A program made the position numbers and the translations under genes. This document shows, piece after piece, positions 1-14,000 of a DNA stretch of 64,000 bases. Origin of the DNA: Balanoglossus misakiensis (Eukaryota; Animalia; Hemichordata); contig CM082593.2 of NCBI GenBank assembly GCA_040954595.2, forward strand, positions 2,807,434 to 2,871,433. The letters are read 5' to 3'. A model generated the notes under the pieces. The model ran no database searches and was not told where the DNA came from. It was given only the letters and a program-made list of their open reading frames with translations. Numbering within the stretch: position 1 is the stretch's first letter; every line of letters begins with the position of its first letter.

Positions 1-3000
1 CCGCCCATCGCCCAACTAAGTCACGTGTAAATCACGTGCACACAATCTCCATCTTTGGCGAGGAAATGGAACAGTTCGGTCCATTTGCTCGGATTAACCG
101 ATAAAATCCAACACGTATATACGTTAGTTGCCCGTTTTTTTAATGAAAATGAACCGTTGTAAATATTATAACTGAACGCTATTTTGCGCAGGGCGGAAAC
201 TATGAATTTACCTGGCGATTGCTTAAATTTGTCAGAAACAGGGCGTTGATCAACTGCCACGGCGACAGTCAAGTATTCAATCGCGTGGGCTGCAGACTGT
301 ATAAATGCTCCGAACACGTATTGTAATATCGCAGACACGTAGATACTCTCCTCATTCCTCATTGGGGTTGAGTTCACACGGCACATGTGACGTCAGCAAA
401 ATCTTATACACGTGGACAGACAGGCATCGGTGTGTAGGCTTATATACGCAGTGGTGATTGAGAAGTACCGAGGCTGCCTGGTTTAGACCGTTCTGTGAAT
501 GTCACTTCAACGGGGCTGAAGTGAGAGGTGCCGGCAAGCGTCTTTGTCTTCCGCTGGTAACGACGCGACGGCGCGTTGGAACCACGTTGTCTCCCCTTTT
601 CGCATCCAAGATCTCAGTCATCTTTTCACCTGGCAATCAGAAGAATCCTTTCTTTTGAAACAAAGGTATTGTAATTTTGCAGTTTCCAAAATAGTTTTTA
701 TTCTCACACCCGTTTCATATTCATGGAACAGGTGTCTTCAAGTTTGTGGCGCGAAAGGGTCTTTGTTGCCTCGGTATGTGATTGTGTCGATGAATTCCAC
801 TTGTGTGCCAAACTAATTCCGTTGCCATGAAAATGCGTGTAAAATCGGATTTTTCATTCCTGTCGTAATATCAGTTGGTATTGATATGTCAACCGTCTGG
901 ATTGTAACGATTTGGCGCGTTCAGTTTGTTTTTGTATTCTTGGAACGCCCCACATTTCGAATTCCGTAAACGAGAGGTGTTATTACCAGTGTCTCATGAC
1001 GGATCAGGATTTAATAAGAAAGTGTTTTAATGATTAACTTTGGCGTTCAACTCTCCTAGCGGATCGCAATTGCTCTGAACGGCGTGGCCAAAGCAACGCC
1101 ATGGGACTTGTATCGATTACTAAGCGTGTCTTCAAGAAGCGTGCGCGATCAGTCGTTTCCTACTAAGATATCAACGAACAGAGAGGAACAAGCAAACAAA
1201 CAAACAACATCAACTAAGACAACAGCAAGAAAAAACAGTGAATCAAAATCATCTAAAACTTGATATTTATATGTGTTGTTCGGTGTATTTGCTTTGCGGA
1301 ATGCAAAGTCAGGTGTGAGTAACTATTCCATGCACAGGTGTGGTGGTTACGACGCTCGCTGTCAGATGGTGTTAACGGTGGCGCCCTTCATGGCGCTCAG
1401 AATATTACAATTATAGCTATCAATCTTGACACACTGAATTATTAATCGCCAATTGGCATTCCCCACACCGGAAATAATGTCATCGCGATCGCCAACGTCG
1501 CAGCGAGGTATCTTAGGGCTTCACGCGTGCCGTTATTGCGAAAACTGATCAATGCAGTGGTGACATTTGTTACATTAGTTCAATTATCTTCACAGTGGAA
1601 CTGTCAGTTATATTCTGAAGTTAATACGAGCAAGGCCGGCGGTGAGAGGCAGATCTTTTGGGATCACCTCGCGGCCGACCAACCTTGGAATTTTAAAAAT
1701 AGAAAAATTGATTATTATCGAGAAAACAGCAACACCTGGCCTGTGTGTGTATAATGCTAATCGGGGAATGAACGTTTCTTTATGCACTAAGAGCTGATAA
1801 TAGCGGACAATTTTAACTTAAAGCCCCAAGTCATTTCATTTCCGGCGGCGTCTTTGCTACCGAGTATCGACTGTTTAAAAATAGCCCAACTATTAATAGT
1901 CTGTATAATGAGTGTATCTGGAGCACACGGGCATAGAATGTCAACAGGAAGGCACCAGATAACTAGAAAATACCGACATCGGAAGGAGTATTAATATTTA
2001 AAGGTCCACCTTTCTTGCGCGTCTCTTGGTCTCCACGGTAACCATGGCTGTGGGGGCCATCCACCCGCGCTAAGCCGTGGAATGTTGAAATTAGAAATAT
2101 GGGCTTATTTACGAGCCGTCAGATCGGGGAAAAAATGTCGAAATACCATTTATACCAGTAGAAGTGAGATGTATTTTCGAAACGTAGGAATTTCAACTGG
2201 TGTGGTATGTCATCATGTGGGCAAATCCCTTCCTCACGTGCTAGGCCGCTCGTACGCATTGAGATGACAAAGCTGTCTATATTGAAACGCATTTTAATCG
2301 ACTGGTCGTGTATCGATTTGCCTTTCGGTGAAAATTAACTGAAAAATGTTAGAAATTCGGGGAAATGTAAATCTATATGAGCAATACACACAAAGGATAA
2401 ATAAATTGGTTAGTTCTGTAATACAGTTATACCAGGATATTATCATTATTATTAGTCAGATTATTTGTGGTTTACATAAAATACACTTGCCAGTAACTGC
2501 CTTGTTCAGTTGTTTCAACGGATGCACAAGGTGGCCGCTTATAGTGCGAGGAAATTGCCAATGGGGGAAATATTGACTGTTTTATTGGCACAGCGGATAA
2601 ATAAAGTCAAATACGAGAATCGGATGCCGTTTCTTGGATTTTTCCTTTGCGTGTCGGAATGCCCCGGTAGGATCTAGCGTGAATGGAGCAGAAAATCTCC
2701 CGGACACGATGATTGAAAGAATAAGCTACCTCTGACGCACGAGTTGAACAGATTTAGAAGACGAGTTTGTTTTCACACGTGCGCTCGGGCGGATTAAGGA
2801 ATCAAATACTCAGTAATCCGCCTCGGATATTCTTCAAGCAATCATAATCCGATGTGCTTTTTTAGTTGCACGCGAATATTCAAAGAGGACACAAGCGATA
2901 ATTTACCGTGCTTATATTCAGTTTTCTCTGTCTTTTGAAAGTTTATACAAAACAACTTACTAGTATATCAATATTTAATTCGGCTGTGAGTGATGATACG

Positions 3001-6000
3001 TCTACTGTAAAATCAGTGGGCGGGAAACTGAAGGCAGTTTCGCAGTGATGGCGCTACATAATTTCTAGTTTACCACTTTCAAGTTAACAACATCTGAAGA
3101 ATGGCCGGTCAGCTTGGAGCCGCACGAATTTAACCATTTTTCCAAACACGCGGAAAATACATGTATGGGCTCAGAGCTTTAGCGTTGGAATGTACGCTTT
3201 GCACTGCAACAAATTAGAATTCTGGGCTCCTCCGACTTTTTTCTTTCGACATCCTTCTTTCGCCGACAGCCGCATCCCTCTTTGTCGGGCGGGTTTTTGT
3301 TGTGACTGCGGCGAAAGTCATTAGCGAGTCGGTGTCCTGTGTGATGGACTAGATACCAGAATGTGAAATTGATCGAAGAAATTTAATTATCGGTTCAGAT
3401 GTGTAACCTCTCACGGTTCCGCCATGTTTGTTCACAGACAGTTGCGAAGTATTGTCTGGGCTACCTCTTGTGTATCTAATACAATTAACACGCAAAGTTT
3501 TCGGCTAATATTTTAAAATCAACAATTTATTTCGGTAGTTTTCACTGGCAGCAGCGAAGAAGTTTGAGTTTTTGCTCGGCACAAATATTTGTTCGGTGTT
3601 GATCTAAGATATTTGTGGCTTTTGTCAAAGTGCTACCCTGCCATCCATAGGTCTGCGTGTGCGCGACCGTGGGTTTGGAGATGTGACTGTGAGAGTGCTC
3701 TGGTTTTGAACTATCGTCGGTGTGCTGAACGGTTGCCCCGTGTGCTGTAAGCATCGATGGTCGTCTTGATCGACCCTTTCATCGATGACAGTCCGAGATA
3801 CGTGTATCAAAGTCCTGTGTCTGGACACTCTCACATCTCAGAAACGTCGAGACGATGACACAGTGAATTTATTCTGTCCGAGATCTACTTACAAAACCGC
3901 TGTTTCAATTTTGCCATTTAAAAGCACATCGTTGACATAAGTTTACAGACAACGATCGTCACTTCGTATAGCGGCTCACACGTTATCTTCGCGGGAGTCA
4001 CTAGTGTAATGCCATCGAGGCGCAGTGTGTCTATCCGCTAGTGTATCTTTAGACGTGCTAAACATTTCATTGTTTACCATTCGTAGTCCTCGAGTTGGCC
4101 ACCATCCAAGCTTGGCAGAGATGCGATCAGGGCTGGGGTATTAGCCGTCTGGTCTCTCAGAGGTCAACAATTGCTCCGTCCACTCAAACACTCACAAACA
4201 CACACACGCAGACCCTGGAGTGAAGCCGTGTATATGGATGAGGTTAAAACCCCGAGCACAGCACGCAAATCACGTCGCCATTGGGCATGATGTTAGTCAC
4301 GTGATTTTTTTAACGGATGCCCATTGGCACGATCGGAAAGTGGCAAAACTAAGGCAGCTGGACGAGACAATTGTTCGCATGTTTCGTTCATCCCTAAACT
4401 AGCGCTAGAATTCGGTAGCCTGCGCAGCAAATGACTGTGGAAGACCAAGTTATCTACTTCAGGGGATTTCTTTCATCCCGTAATAACTGTCTATGTTTGA
4501 TCAACACAGCATTTTACAGATTAAAAGCACATATGACTAGAATAAAAGCACACTACAGGACAAAGGTGTAAGCCAATTAGCCGATAATTAGCGCAGACCT
4601 GTAAATATAAACTCAAGTTATCGCCGTTAATTGTTTATTGTTATCATTGCAACGCGGTACACTTTGTGGCGTGCTGTTACGCTAAAACTGCGTAAGCTTA
4701 TATTGCGTAAGGCAGTATGGGTTGAAAGGTCATTGATACCGCTCAATTAGGACAGCTATGCGGTCGGCAGTAGCCAGAGGGCGTTACATTTAGGCGAGCA
4801 CCCAAACACCGGTTGATGATAAGAAAAGCATACTGAAGCAATGCACAAAGCGCCGAAATAAGGATTTCACATTTTTGGGCGATGTTCAAGTACTGAAGTA
4901 TTTAAGTTTAGTGCAATGGCTAAATAATTAAGTGGGCCGCCATACTCCGTTGCTGCACTGCAAGCAACGCTGTCTCGTTGGAAGTTTGAGCTTATGTTGA
5001 CAGCAGGCCCTGTTACGAGTTGCAAGTGGAGACGATGTAAAGCAATCGCAAAATGTGTTTATATCTTCAGTCAAACAATCTTTGATTTTGATCATCAATT
5101 ATAACGTGAATAAAAGTACGGGTTTTGGTTATAGCGATGCGGCTGTCCCGGCGTCTTCGGCCCGGGGATGCGTGGTGGTCCAGTCGAGAACGGTGTTCGC
5201 TGAGTCGCGGCTGATTTTAACACACTGGTGGCTGCACAGATTCTTTCCCCCTTCTGAGCATACCGAAATTCCTAACGAGTAACGACAAGAGGTACTTAGA
5301 ACAGCTAGCCAAGTTAGATGTGTTGACATCAACACTTGTCTAGGGAGTTCAGAGTTCCCCCCACTGTGCAACGAAGTGCATGCCGAAATATACGCACCGA
5401 GCGAACCATGGGCCCCAGTTCATCATAGCTGCAGCCGGGACCAGGGTAAAATTTTATCATCTTTACGTGGCGGGATATGTATACATATCTATTGAGAGAT
5501 GGTGTTATCTTCGCTAAGTCCGGATAAATTGTGATCGAAAGCGTGAGGTGAAACAGGTACCCCAATCAGGTAGGATAGTTTATTGTCAGCACACCAAAAT
5601 CTACTATCCCCTTTTCGGTCGGACACTCGACTTTCTTGAAACGTTATATTACCATGTCTGCATGTTTTTCCGTCTTTTTAAAAATATCCGATATATATAT
5701 TTCTTCTTTGACGTTTCTACTTCTAAATTCCATGTTCGGTTTATCCCTTCCACAAACCATTTTCCCTAGGCACGGGGTCGGTTCGCGGTCGTCAACCGAC
5801 GTATTGTCAGTCAGACGCTTTGAGCGAACAAATGCGTGCTGAACAACCGCCAACTTGATCTAAATTAACGCGCAACTGTTTGTAACTCGTGTATATTTTT
5901 ACTATCTTCCATTCGACGCTGGGCTTTCCAGACGATGGAATCATTTAAATTTAATTGAAAAGGAAAAGCCGGCAAAACTGAATAGACAGTTAAATTCCAC

Positions 6001-9000
6001 GCCATTCTGTGTAGCGCAGTAAATTTGTGCCGAAATCGATTGGTGCACTTGAAACGTTCGCGTTGTTCAGCGGAAGGTGACTGCTGACTTGAGTTAGTAA
6101 CCACGGGCATTTGGCGGGAAACGTGTAAAATTATCATTACTTTGTTCTCGTCGATGTCGTGTATCTGATTTTAAACTTTATTTGGGTTCGTAAACGAGAC
6201 AAGAACGCCATGAAGTTCCTGAGAGAAGGGAGAGTGTATCGTTGATATTTAATTTCACACCTGAAGTTTTATCGTTAAATATTTATCTTCTGGTACAGTA
6301 ATATCGATCTGCAAAGACCCGTTCGCTTGGTCTGAAAGTGTCCCGGACAACGCTTCGGTTTACTGAGAGAGACAGCTCGCCATTCATGAAGTGAAGTTCG
6401 GTCGCGGTGTTTTTATTTTCCGGCCAGTGGTCGACTCGGAACACAGCGCGACGGGCTGCCTTTTCGGCCACACTTCGTGGCTGATCAAAACTGTTGCTTG
6501 CCCCGTAATAAGAAACTTGACTCTGCAAACCTTTCCAGTTAGCGAGGTCGGCGAGAAAAGGCTATAAGTAGCCTGCGAATGTCGGAACGAGTGATGCCGT
6601 CTCCTGTTTCATGCAACTTGTCTGCTCCAGTATGTTGCAGTGCTGGGCGAGCCACACACAGACAGAATATACCGAATGCCCCGCCTTGGCCAGCCCAGTA
6701 CAGAAGTCTTGTGCTATACTTTATGTAGAAGTGACCCCCTAAGTGACCAATTGACCGTTGAGTGATGGCTGTAAACAGTTTTACCCCAGACAGAATGACT
6801 AAACGAAAGTAGGGATAAATATGACATTTCAAACGATAGATGTCGCTCTAACCACATCATTTACGTAGCGCCAACTTGACTTTCTGCTGTTTTTTGAACA
6901 GGCGGGAAATGTTTCTTTCGCCTAAAAGGACAAGCTTAGGGATTTCAAACCTTTCCCTGTTATCGAAATTCACACCACAACTATCTTAACCTTCCCGTCT
7001 GCCGGGTGAAGGTTGCTTGGCAGTTTGTATGTTAAAGAAAATGTTGTATCTTCCGGTACATTACATTTTCTTGCATTAGCCGGCGCGAAACTTCACCCGA
7101 GTGAAATGACGTGGAGACCAAAACGGCCTTCCTTGACACGATCGCGCATTTTACATAGTCGTCAAGTCAAAGGGTCACGGAGGTCAAATCACCCCCAGAG
7201 TGGCGTGTGCGCAGACAGCATGATGCGGTTTAAATAGAAAATGTTGGCGAAACATAATCACCTTGTAAGAAAGTTATCCGTAATTCGTGAATTTGCCTCC
7301 CGGGTTTCGCTGTTCCGTTTTTTTTTTACCCGCGTTGCCATATCAGGGATGACGTCACACGAGCGGGTCGGCGGTCGGTTGCAAGCGTTTGTCCAGCAAC
7401 TTGACGATTCTCCATGGCAACGTGGCAAGGCGGTGGAATAAGTTCAACAGGGATAACAGGGTTGCCAACTTCAGGAAGGGGTCAAGAGGTCATGATAATA
7501 AAATGATCTAAATTTACCCTCTTATAGTAGATAGATGCTGGTGCCATGTTGTGATATAGGCTTTGACGTACGTCGTAGAATTAACACGACTATTCAGCGT
7601 GTCCTGAATTGAACCCGGTGGCTAGATTAGCCCAGCGACGATTTCAACAGCCGTATCTCCTTTCCCTCTGCTGAGACTTTATATTTATCGCCGCTGGAGT
7701 TCGCAGCCACCAACAAAGTACGATACAGCATGAGAGTCTATCACGACAGACCGTCGATGCTTCGTACGACAAAAAAAAAACTTTTCTGGTGACGTCAAAA
7801 TTTTTACGGAAATCCACGTAAGTCAAAATATTGGAGGTGTTTGATTTGCTCTTGATCGGTCACAAGCTTCAAGTCCCTCGGCTACAAAACATATTTGGAA
7901 ATAATATTTAAATATATAACCGGAAAATAACTATATATGAACATAATTTCAGCCACATGGGAAGCGTCAGATAGGTTGTGAGAGTTCCACATTGAATAAC
8001 ACCACTCGCCATTTCCCTTAAACTATAAATACTCCGGAGTAATCCCAGTTCATATAAGCCATCCATATTATATTTCTAGCCAGTCTACCAGAAATAATTT
8101 CTTCGTGTCTGAAGTGGTATTTTCCAACTTAGGTTGACGACAGAATGTATGCTCGGAAAGTGATACATCCGGTCTGTATTGAACTTCACGCATCCCGGCA
8201 CTGCGCAAAGTCTATATTCGTGCAGAGTTGTGTTACAACCAAGTTGTGCCAAAGGTTGCCAAAAGGGGCGCTCGCTACTCTGTACTTACATTGCACGTGG
8301 ATGAGTTTTACACATAACAATACTTGAATTGAGTGCTAGCACTTTTGAATGAAACAGGTGTGTGAATACAGTAGTATAGGATGGACTTTTTCTCTCACTG
8401 TCATCAGTTTCGTCGTCTGCATGGCGACATTTAGCGTCGACGCACTCGGTGTAAAAATTACGCCCACTTTTTCACTTAAGGGGGGTCGTGCGTCAGATCT
8501 TGTGTTTGTAGTAAACGGTAGCGTGCCACAGACAAAAGGGGGTCTGCTGTTTGTCCCTACAGAAATGTCCCGGGCGCCGTACTTGCACTGGGATGAAAGC
8601 ACAAACGACAACCAGGAAGTGGGGAATAATGCAGACCGAAATGAAATATTGGCGCAGCTGCGAGTGATACCCTCCGTGGTCGTCACTTAATGCGTTTCCA
8701 TGAAAACCGGAAACAAATATTTCCCAATCATCAGCGAGTGTTTCACTTTCAGGGTTTTTCTACACATCACTGTCATTTGCAGCGCAGAAATGGACAGGGG
8801 AAAAAGTCTAAATTCTGAAGTCACGTTTCTGTGATTATGCCCACGTATTGTTTATTTGCGCGCGCCTGGGCCACCGTAGTAATCCCAAATCTGATATTGC
8901 CCATGTCACTCAAATATAACGGTCGATAGATTATCTCGAGTAGGTGGTTGTTTAAAGTTTAACTGTAGATGGTAGAAGCTCGATGGTTTAACGTCGATGC

Positions 9001-10079
9001 ATGCGTTTTTAGCCTGACGAGAATCGTTCATCCATTTCTCACGAAATACCGCCGTAATGACGTACAGAAGCGTGCCACGGGGCTGATGTAGCCGACACGC
9101 TCCGGGAGACGCGTTTCATATCTATCACCCACACGCCAATCGGAGACAGATCTCCGATGCCCACAAATCGCCTGTGCACGACTCTCGGAGAATCAAACCG
9201 TGTTGTTCCCGTCATATCCTCGTTACGAGGTCCCACTCGGCTTACACACAGGGCCGATACCAATTTAAAACAACTTTGAACATTGCCTGTATTTAGGCTT
9301 ACCTGCTTAAATCGCATTAGGCGATAATGTTGCTTACCGTGCAGTAATTTATGGGAATCACAAACAAAGCAAATCGTATCGTTAAAGTCTATTATCGTAA
9401 GTGCGCCTTTCACGGTGCGAGTCGTCACACTACGCGCGCGCCGCGCTCGCGGTTCAAGTATATATACATCGCCCTTTTCCTCGTAATATTTATGGCATCC
9501 ACCCAGCATTGTCAGGAACGGAACAGATCGAAGACCGGCCTTCGAGAAACGAATTCCCCGTTTCCGAGCCGAAACGATCGAATATCTCCTGTTGGTTTAC
9601 TAACAGCACGCGAATTGTGACAAATTCCAATCGATTATTAATATTCGTCACAATGTAATTTCCGGTGGAGAGTCCGTGTCTGATTTCACTCGGAGCTGCA
9701 CAGCTGATCGCCTTACTCCGCCGCATACAACCAGACTCCAGCAATCGTTGAAATCATTAGCAGATACGCGCCACCGTTCACTTTGCGGTAATGATTGTCA
9801 AATTAGCTCGAATAGAATTTGCAAATATTTGATGATTACATTGAAGGAGCCAATGAATAGTGGGTAGGCGTTATAATTGTAATTCAATAGAAAGGATAGC
9901 AGATTTACCGGAAGACGCTTTGTAATAAAATACTCCATTTCATGTTTTAAAGTATAAGTACCGAAAACACACCAACCTGGAAATGGTAGATGAAGTTTCT
10001 CGTATAATTTTTTTCTCTCGCAATAATAGTTGTATTGACTCCCACCAATATATGTTTGTAGACACACTTCCATGACACC

Positions 10080-10770
10080 TTACCCCCCCCCCCCCCCCTC
10101 CTCCGCCACCTCCCAGGCGCGCGCGCATCTGACTAGGAGAGACGGAATTCGAACTGGGCGACGAGATGTCACGTGACCGCGATTAAGGGGTCGCCCGAGT
10201 TCCAATTGACGGCATCTCGCATTACCGACTCGTCAGCTAGTTTGCGGCCCTTTCGTGCCACCCAATTTATCGCTGGCGTCGTGTTTACGAGACGGATCCG
10301 AGGCGTTGCAGATATTGCCACTCACGCTTCGGTATCAAAGCATATTTGAAATTTCGATTGGTCAAGAGCTGCACCAACTGTTCCACGTTGCTTTCGAAGC
10401 CTTCGCATCCCCTGGGAGCGGGAAATAAAACAGAAATAAAAACGCGTTTATTCCGACCGAATGCTATTTGAAAGTCCCCTTTCCTACAATTGTGCCTCGC
10501 GATTTGAGTATTTAGGTCGACACACGAGAAAGGTGAAGGGACCAGCATGCGATTATCGAATGAAGTAAATACACGGATATGGAAAGTGAGACAGCGATAT
10601 TAGTCGCGGCGTTAAAGAGGATATTATGAGAATTTGTTCAGCGCAGACACTGTCTACAGCGCGAATTGTTGCCCGACGCCTTGTAACAAGTTGCGTATTA
10701 ACAAGATGACTGCGGTAACACGACCCGTGTCATTTCGGTAGCGTCTACGCCGCGCGCCGCCGCCGATATT
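10080..10770 (+). promoter_or_regulatory. CpG-rich putative promoter region upstream of the NDNF UTR exon
   Basis: Poly-C run from 10084, GCGCGCGC, GTCACGTGAC palindromic E-box near 10168 and CGCCGCGCGCCGCCGCC near 10748. Function is inferred from position only. Confidence 0.3.
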
Positions 10771-11075
10771 CTCAAGTGTTCCGTTGTGTGCAATCTCGGC
10801 AGCGCCGCCGCAATTGCATCTTCATCACACGTGGGCCAATCTTCAGAGTCCACTGCCGCCAGTAGCTTTGAACATCTCCGAGACGCGTGTGCAGACTACA
10901 ACGGATGTCCTCCCCGTTCTCTGTCATTCTCTGAAGCCGAGATCTTATCCGTCCCATCTCTCTGTCTTGTTTCTTCGCAGACGTTTAATTGTCACTTCTT
11001 GGAACTCTTGAACCCGAAGAAGCCAATGAGAGAATTCACCAAGGAAACGAAGTAACAAACAGAAAGTGTTACAAG
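10770..11075 (+). other. Putative non-coding 5' UTR exon of NDNF
   Basis: Strong donor AAG|GTAAGC at 11075/11076 downstream of a GC/CpG-rich stretch. The first coding exon has a strong polypyrimidine acceptor (..ccctctccag at 16980) 13 nt before the ATG, so an upstream UTR exon is required. The 5' boundary is approximate. Confidence 0.45.
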
Positions 11076-14000
11076 GTAAGCTTAAGGCTTTTTTGTATCA
11101 TCGTTTAATACTCCACCCCGGGGGTGTCTCTCGATACAGAAAAATATGAATAACGCCTTAGTTTGGTGTTGTTTCAAAAAGTCGTTACTTTGTTTTTGTG
11201 CCGCTCACCAAGAACCCGTTATAAATACATACCGTCAGGCAGTGCGCTATTTTGACAGGAATCTTTAACCTCGATACTTGACCCCAAATCATAAACGTGA
11301 AAAATTTGATAGGTAAAATAATTTAGCGTAGTCTAATTTGATCATCACAATCTCTCCGCGCACTAAACGTAGCCGGGTAATTTCATTAGGCGACTCCATT
11401 GCAATTTGGTGTCTTGATTTGCATGTCCCATTAGGGGAATTTGTCCATATGTAATGATTGGTACAACACACCTTGATGGGATTCGATGCGAAACAAAAAG
11501 ACCTAGAAGAACTTTTCTGTCGTTTAGCCAGATTGAATCGGGAAATTGTTACTTCTGGTGTATTTTAAATTGGGTCTTTGCAATACTGCTCAGATCAGAG
11601 AAAAAACGCCAGCACAGAGGAGGTCTGGTCGGGGAAAGTCGTATAGTAAAAACGGCTCGGCTTTCAATGGTGTATATTAGAGTGGCGCCTACGTCTAATT
11701 CGTATCGTTGGTCATACCATTTATAAAACTAAATTTAATAACGTCGTTAGGGTTGTAATAACAGTTCTAGGTCGCAAGGAGCGGTGGTGGAGAGGATGTG
11801 TGGTTGACGGCAAGTCTCGGTAGGGAGCCCGCCGCCGACGCGTAGTAGATGTTGCGTATTTTAAACTCGAAGTAAGTGGCAGTCAAGGCCGTAACCTATG
11901 TGATGGCTTTTCGTACAGAGAGATAGACGCTGTATAGTTGAGAGTAACGGATTCCAAGTCTCGTAAACAAAACATCAAATTGATGTGGCCAGGTATAGGG
12001 CAACCTTCGGGTTTTGCTTTCGGGGCAATACGCTTCGTTATAATCGGAGTTGCACCGAACGGCTGAAGTATCGATCTTTCGGAGACGAAGAAAAAAAAAC
12101 GGACCCCGCAGCCACCGTAGAACAGAACTGATCAATTACACATCACACGGTTTTATACGGAGACAGGTAACAAGGCTCTGTCGTTATGACAACCGACAGA
12201 ACCCGCGGACGTGGGGGCTTTTTTCCTGAATTTTACCGGTCTTGCAAGAGTTATCAGGAGTCCGGAAATTGATAATTAGATGATCTCGTGGCGTTTTGCG
12301 GGTAATCATCGAATAAGTGAAATTAAGACCGAGAATAGGTCTTGACAATTATCGGTTTAAACTGCCCTATTCATCAATGTCAAAGACGCGTGGGTAACTC
12401 TTAAGTGCATTTTCCCGGCATCCTTCCCATTACGGCATCGGTCCTCGCTCACCTGGTGCGATAGTGTAATTACACTGGAGTCGAAGAAAGCGCACGATTC
12501 TAAAATAATCTTATCTGTTCGAATGTGAAACACCCGCACACGTTATCGCCAATCCCAGGGCTGCCCCACCCACGCCAGAATGGAGGAGTCCTCTACACTT
12601 ACTTATTTCTAAGTTCACTTGTATATCAGCGTGTAGTTCGCTCGGAAGCCGCCGTATCGTCGACGGGACTGGAAGTTCGCATCGCACCCGTTTTCTGCCG
12701 CCACACTTCGCAGCCACGTGGGTTCTTGTTTTATCCCATCCGATTCAACGAGAGCCACTCCAAGCGATGGGACGATTCGACACATTGACAGCCGATATGC
12801 GTTAGCTAGTTTTCCCCGTCCTTCGTGAATTTTTAAAAGCCTCTAACCCAGCGATCCGCCTCGGATTGATGATCAGCTGATCACAGGCGTGAAAGAAATC
12901 ACAACGCGATCGTTCCTGTCAGCCGACATCGGAAGTGCCGTAAACCCGACAAAGAATCGACGAACGCTATTCCAGGAGCGAAACCAATAATTTTGCGTGC
13001 TCCATCGATCAGATAGCTTCGCAACCTCTCTTTGACGTGACTTTTACACGGTAGGTAAAAGCGTGGTTTTCAGGTCAGATTTCTCTCAGCAGGAGGAGAG
13101 ACATCCACCCTTTGTACAATATTGCTGATTCAGCTCTCTTTCAACTAAAGTAACCAGATGCAAAGCCATCACCGTTGGTATAGATTTGGCAGCTGGGCTT
13201 GCAGTCGGTACGGTGGTTCACGTTCAGGTCGCGCATCGACCGTCTCTTTGACGCGAGTTTAGCGTCTGCCAAAAAAAACCGTACAAGTTCACAGTACATT
13301 TTGTGTAATTGCGGGAGATTTGATTGCGTTTACTGTCAATCAACGGCGGAGTTTAGAGAAGCCATCCGTATTCTCTTCTGCTCTCTCGGGTTTAATAGTG
13401 GGCGGGCGTGTTCGCCGAGTGAAGCCAGGCGCGAAACGCAGAAACGAAGCAATTCAGCGCTGATCGATCGCGGGGACAGCTTTTCCGGAAGCAATTACGA
13501 TGTGGACATAACTAAAAGGGACTGGCGCGTAATGAGAGGGATAGGCCGCCGATACATATCGATGCCTTCGGGAAATTTTTCTTTCGCTCCTGAGTCGTGT
13601 CATTTCTAACTCTCCTTCTTCGTGTTTTGTTTGATTTTTTTGCCATACTATCACTCACTACATAGTATAGTTGCCATGATGAAGGAATTTGTCGTCTAGT
13701 GTGAGTTAACTATTCACAGTTCGTGCGGGCGAATTACAAGTGACCTATATATCAACGTTGTGGACTGCTTGTATGTATGTCTTCAAACACGATTGTGTTT
13801 TTATTTCATTAACGTCTGTGCCAGTGTCTATGTAACCTCGGTTTCCGAGAGAAATTGCAAATGAAAGCGATTCTGGGCAATCTAATTTCCCCTGTTAGCT
13901 CCCGCCTTGACAAATTGTGGAAGCGAAACGTATTGAGCAAATAGCGCCGAGCCCAAGAGGACGGTGACTTTGTCTCAGCCTCGCTCAGACAGCTGACAAC

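Noticed and set aside
7585-7650. B-box-like GGTTCAATTC on the minus strand (tRNA/SINE)
   Set aside because: No cloverleaf or properly spaced A-box found.
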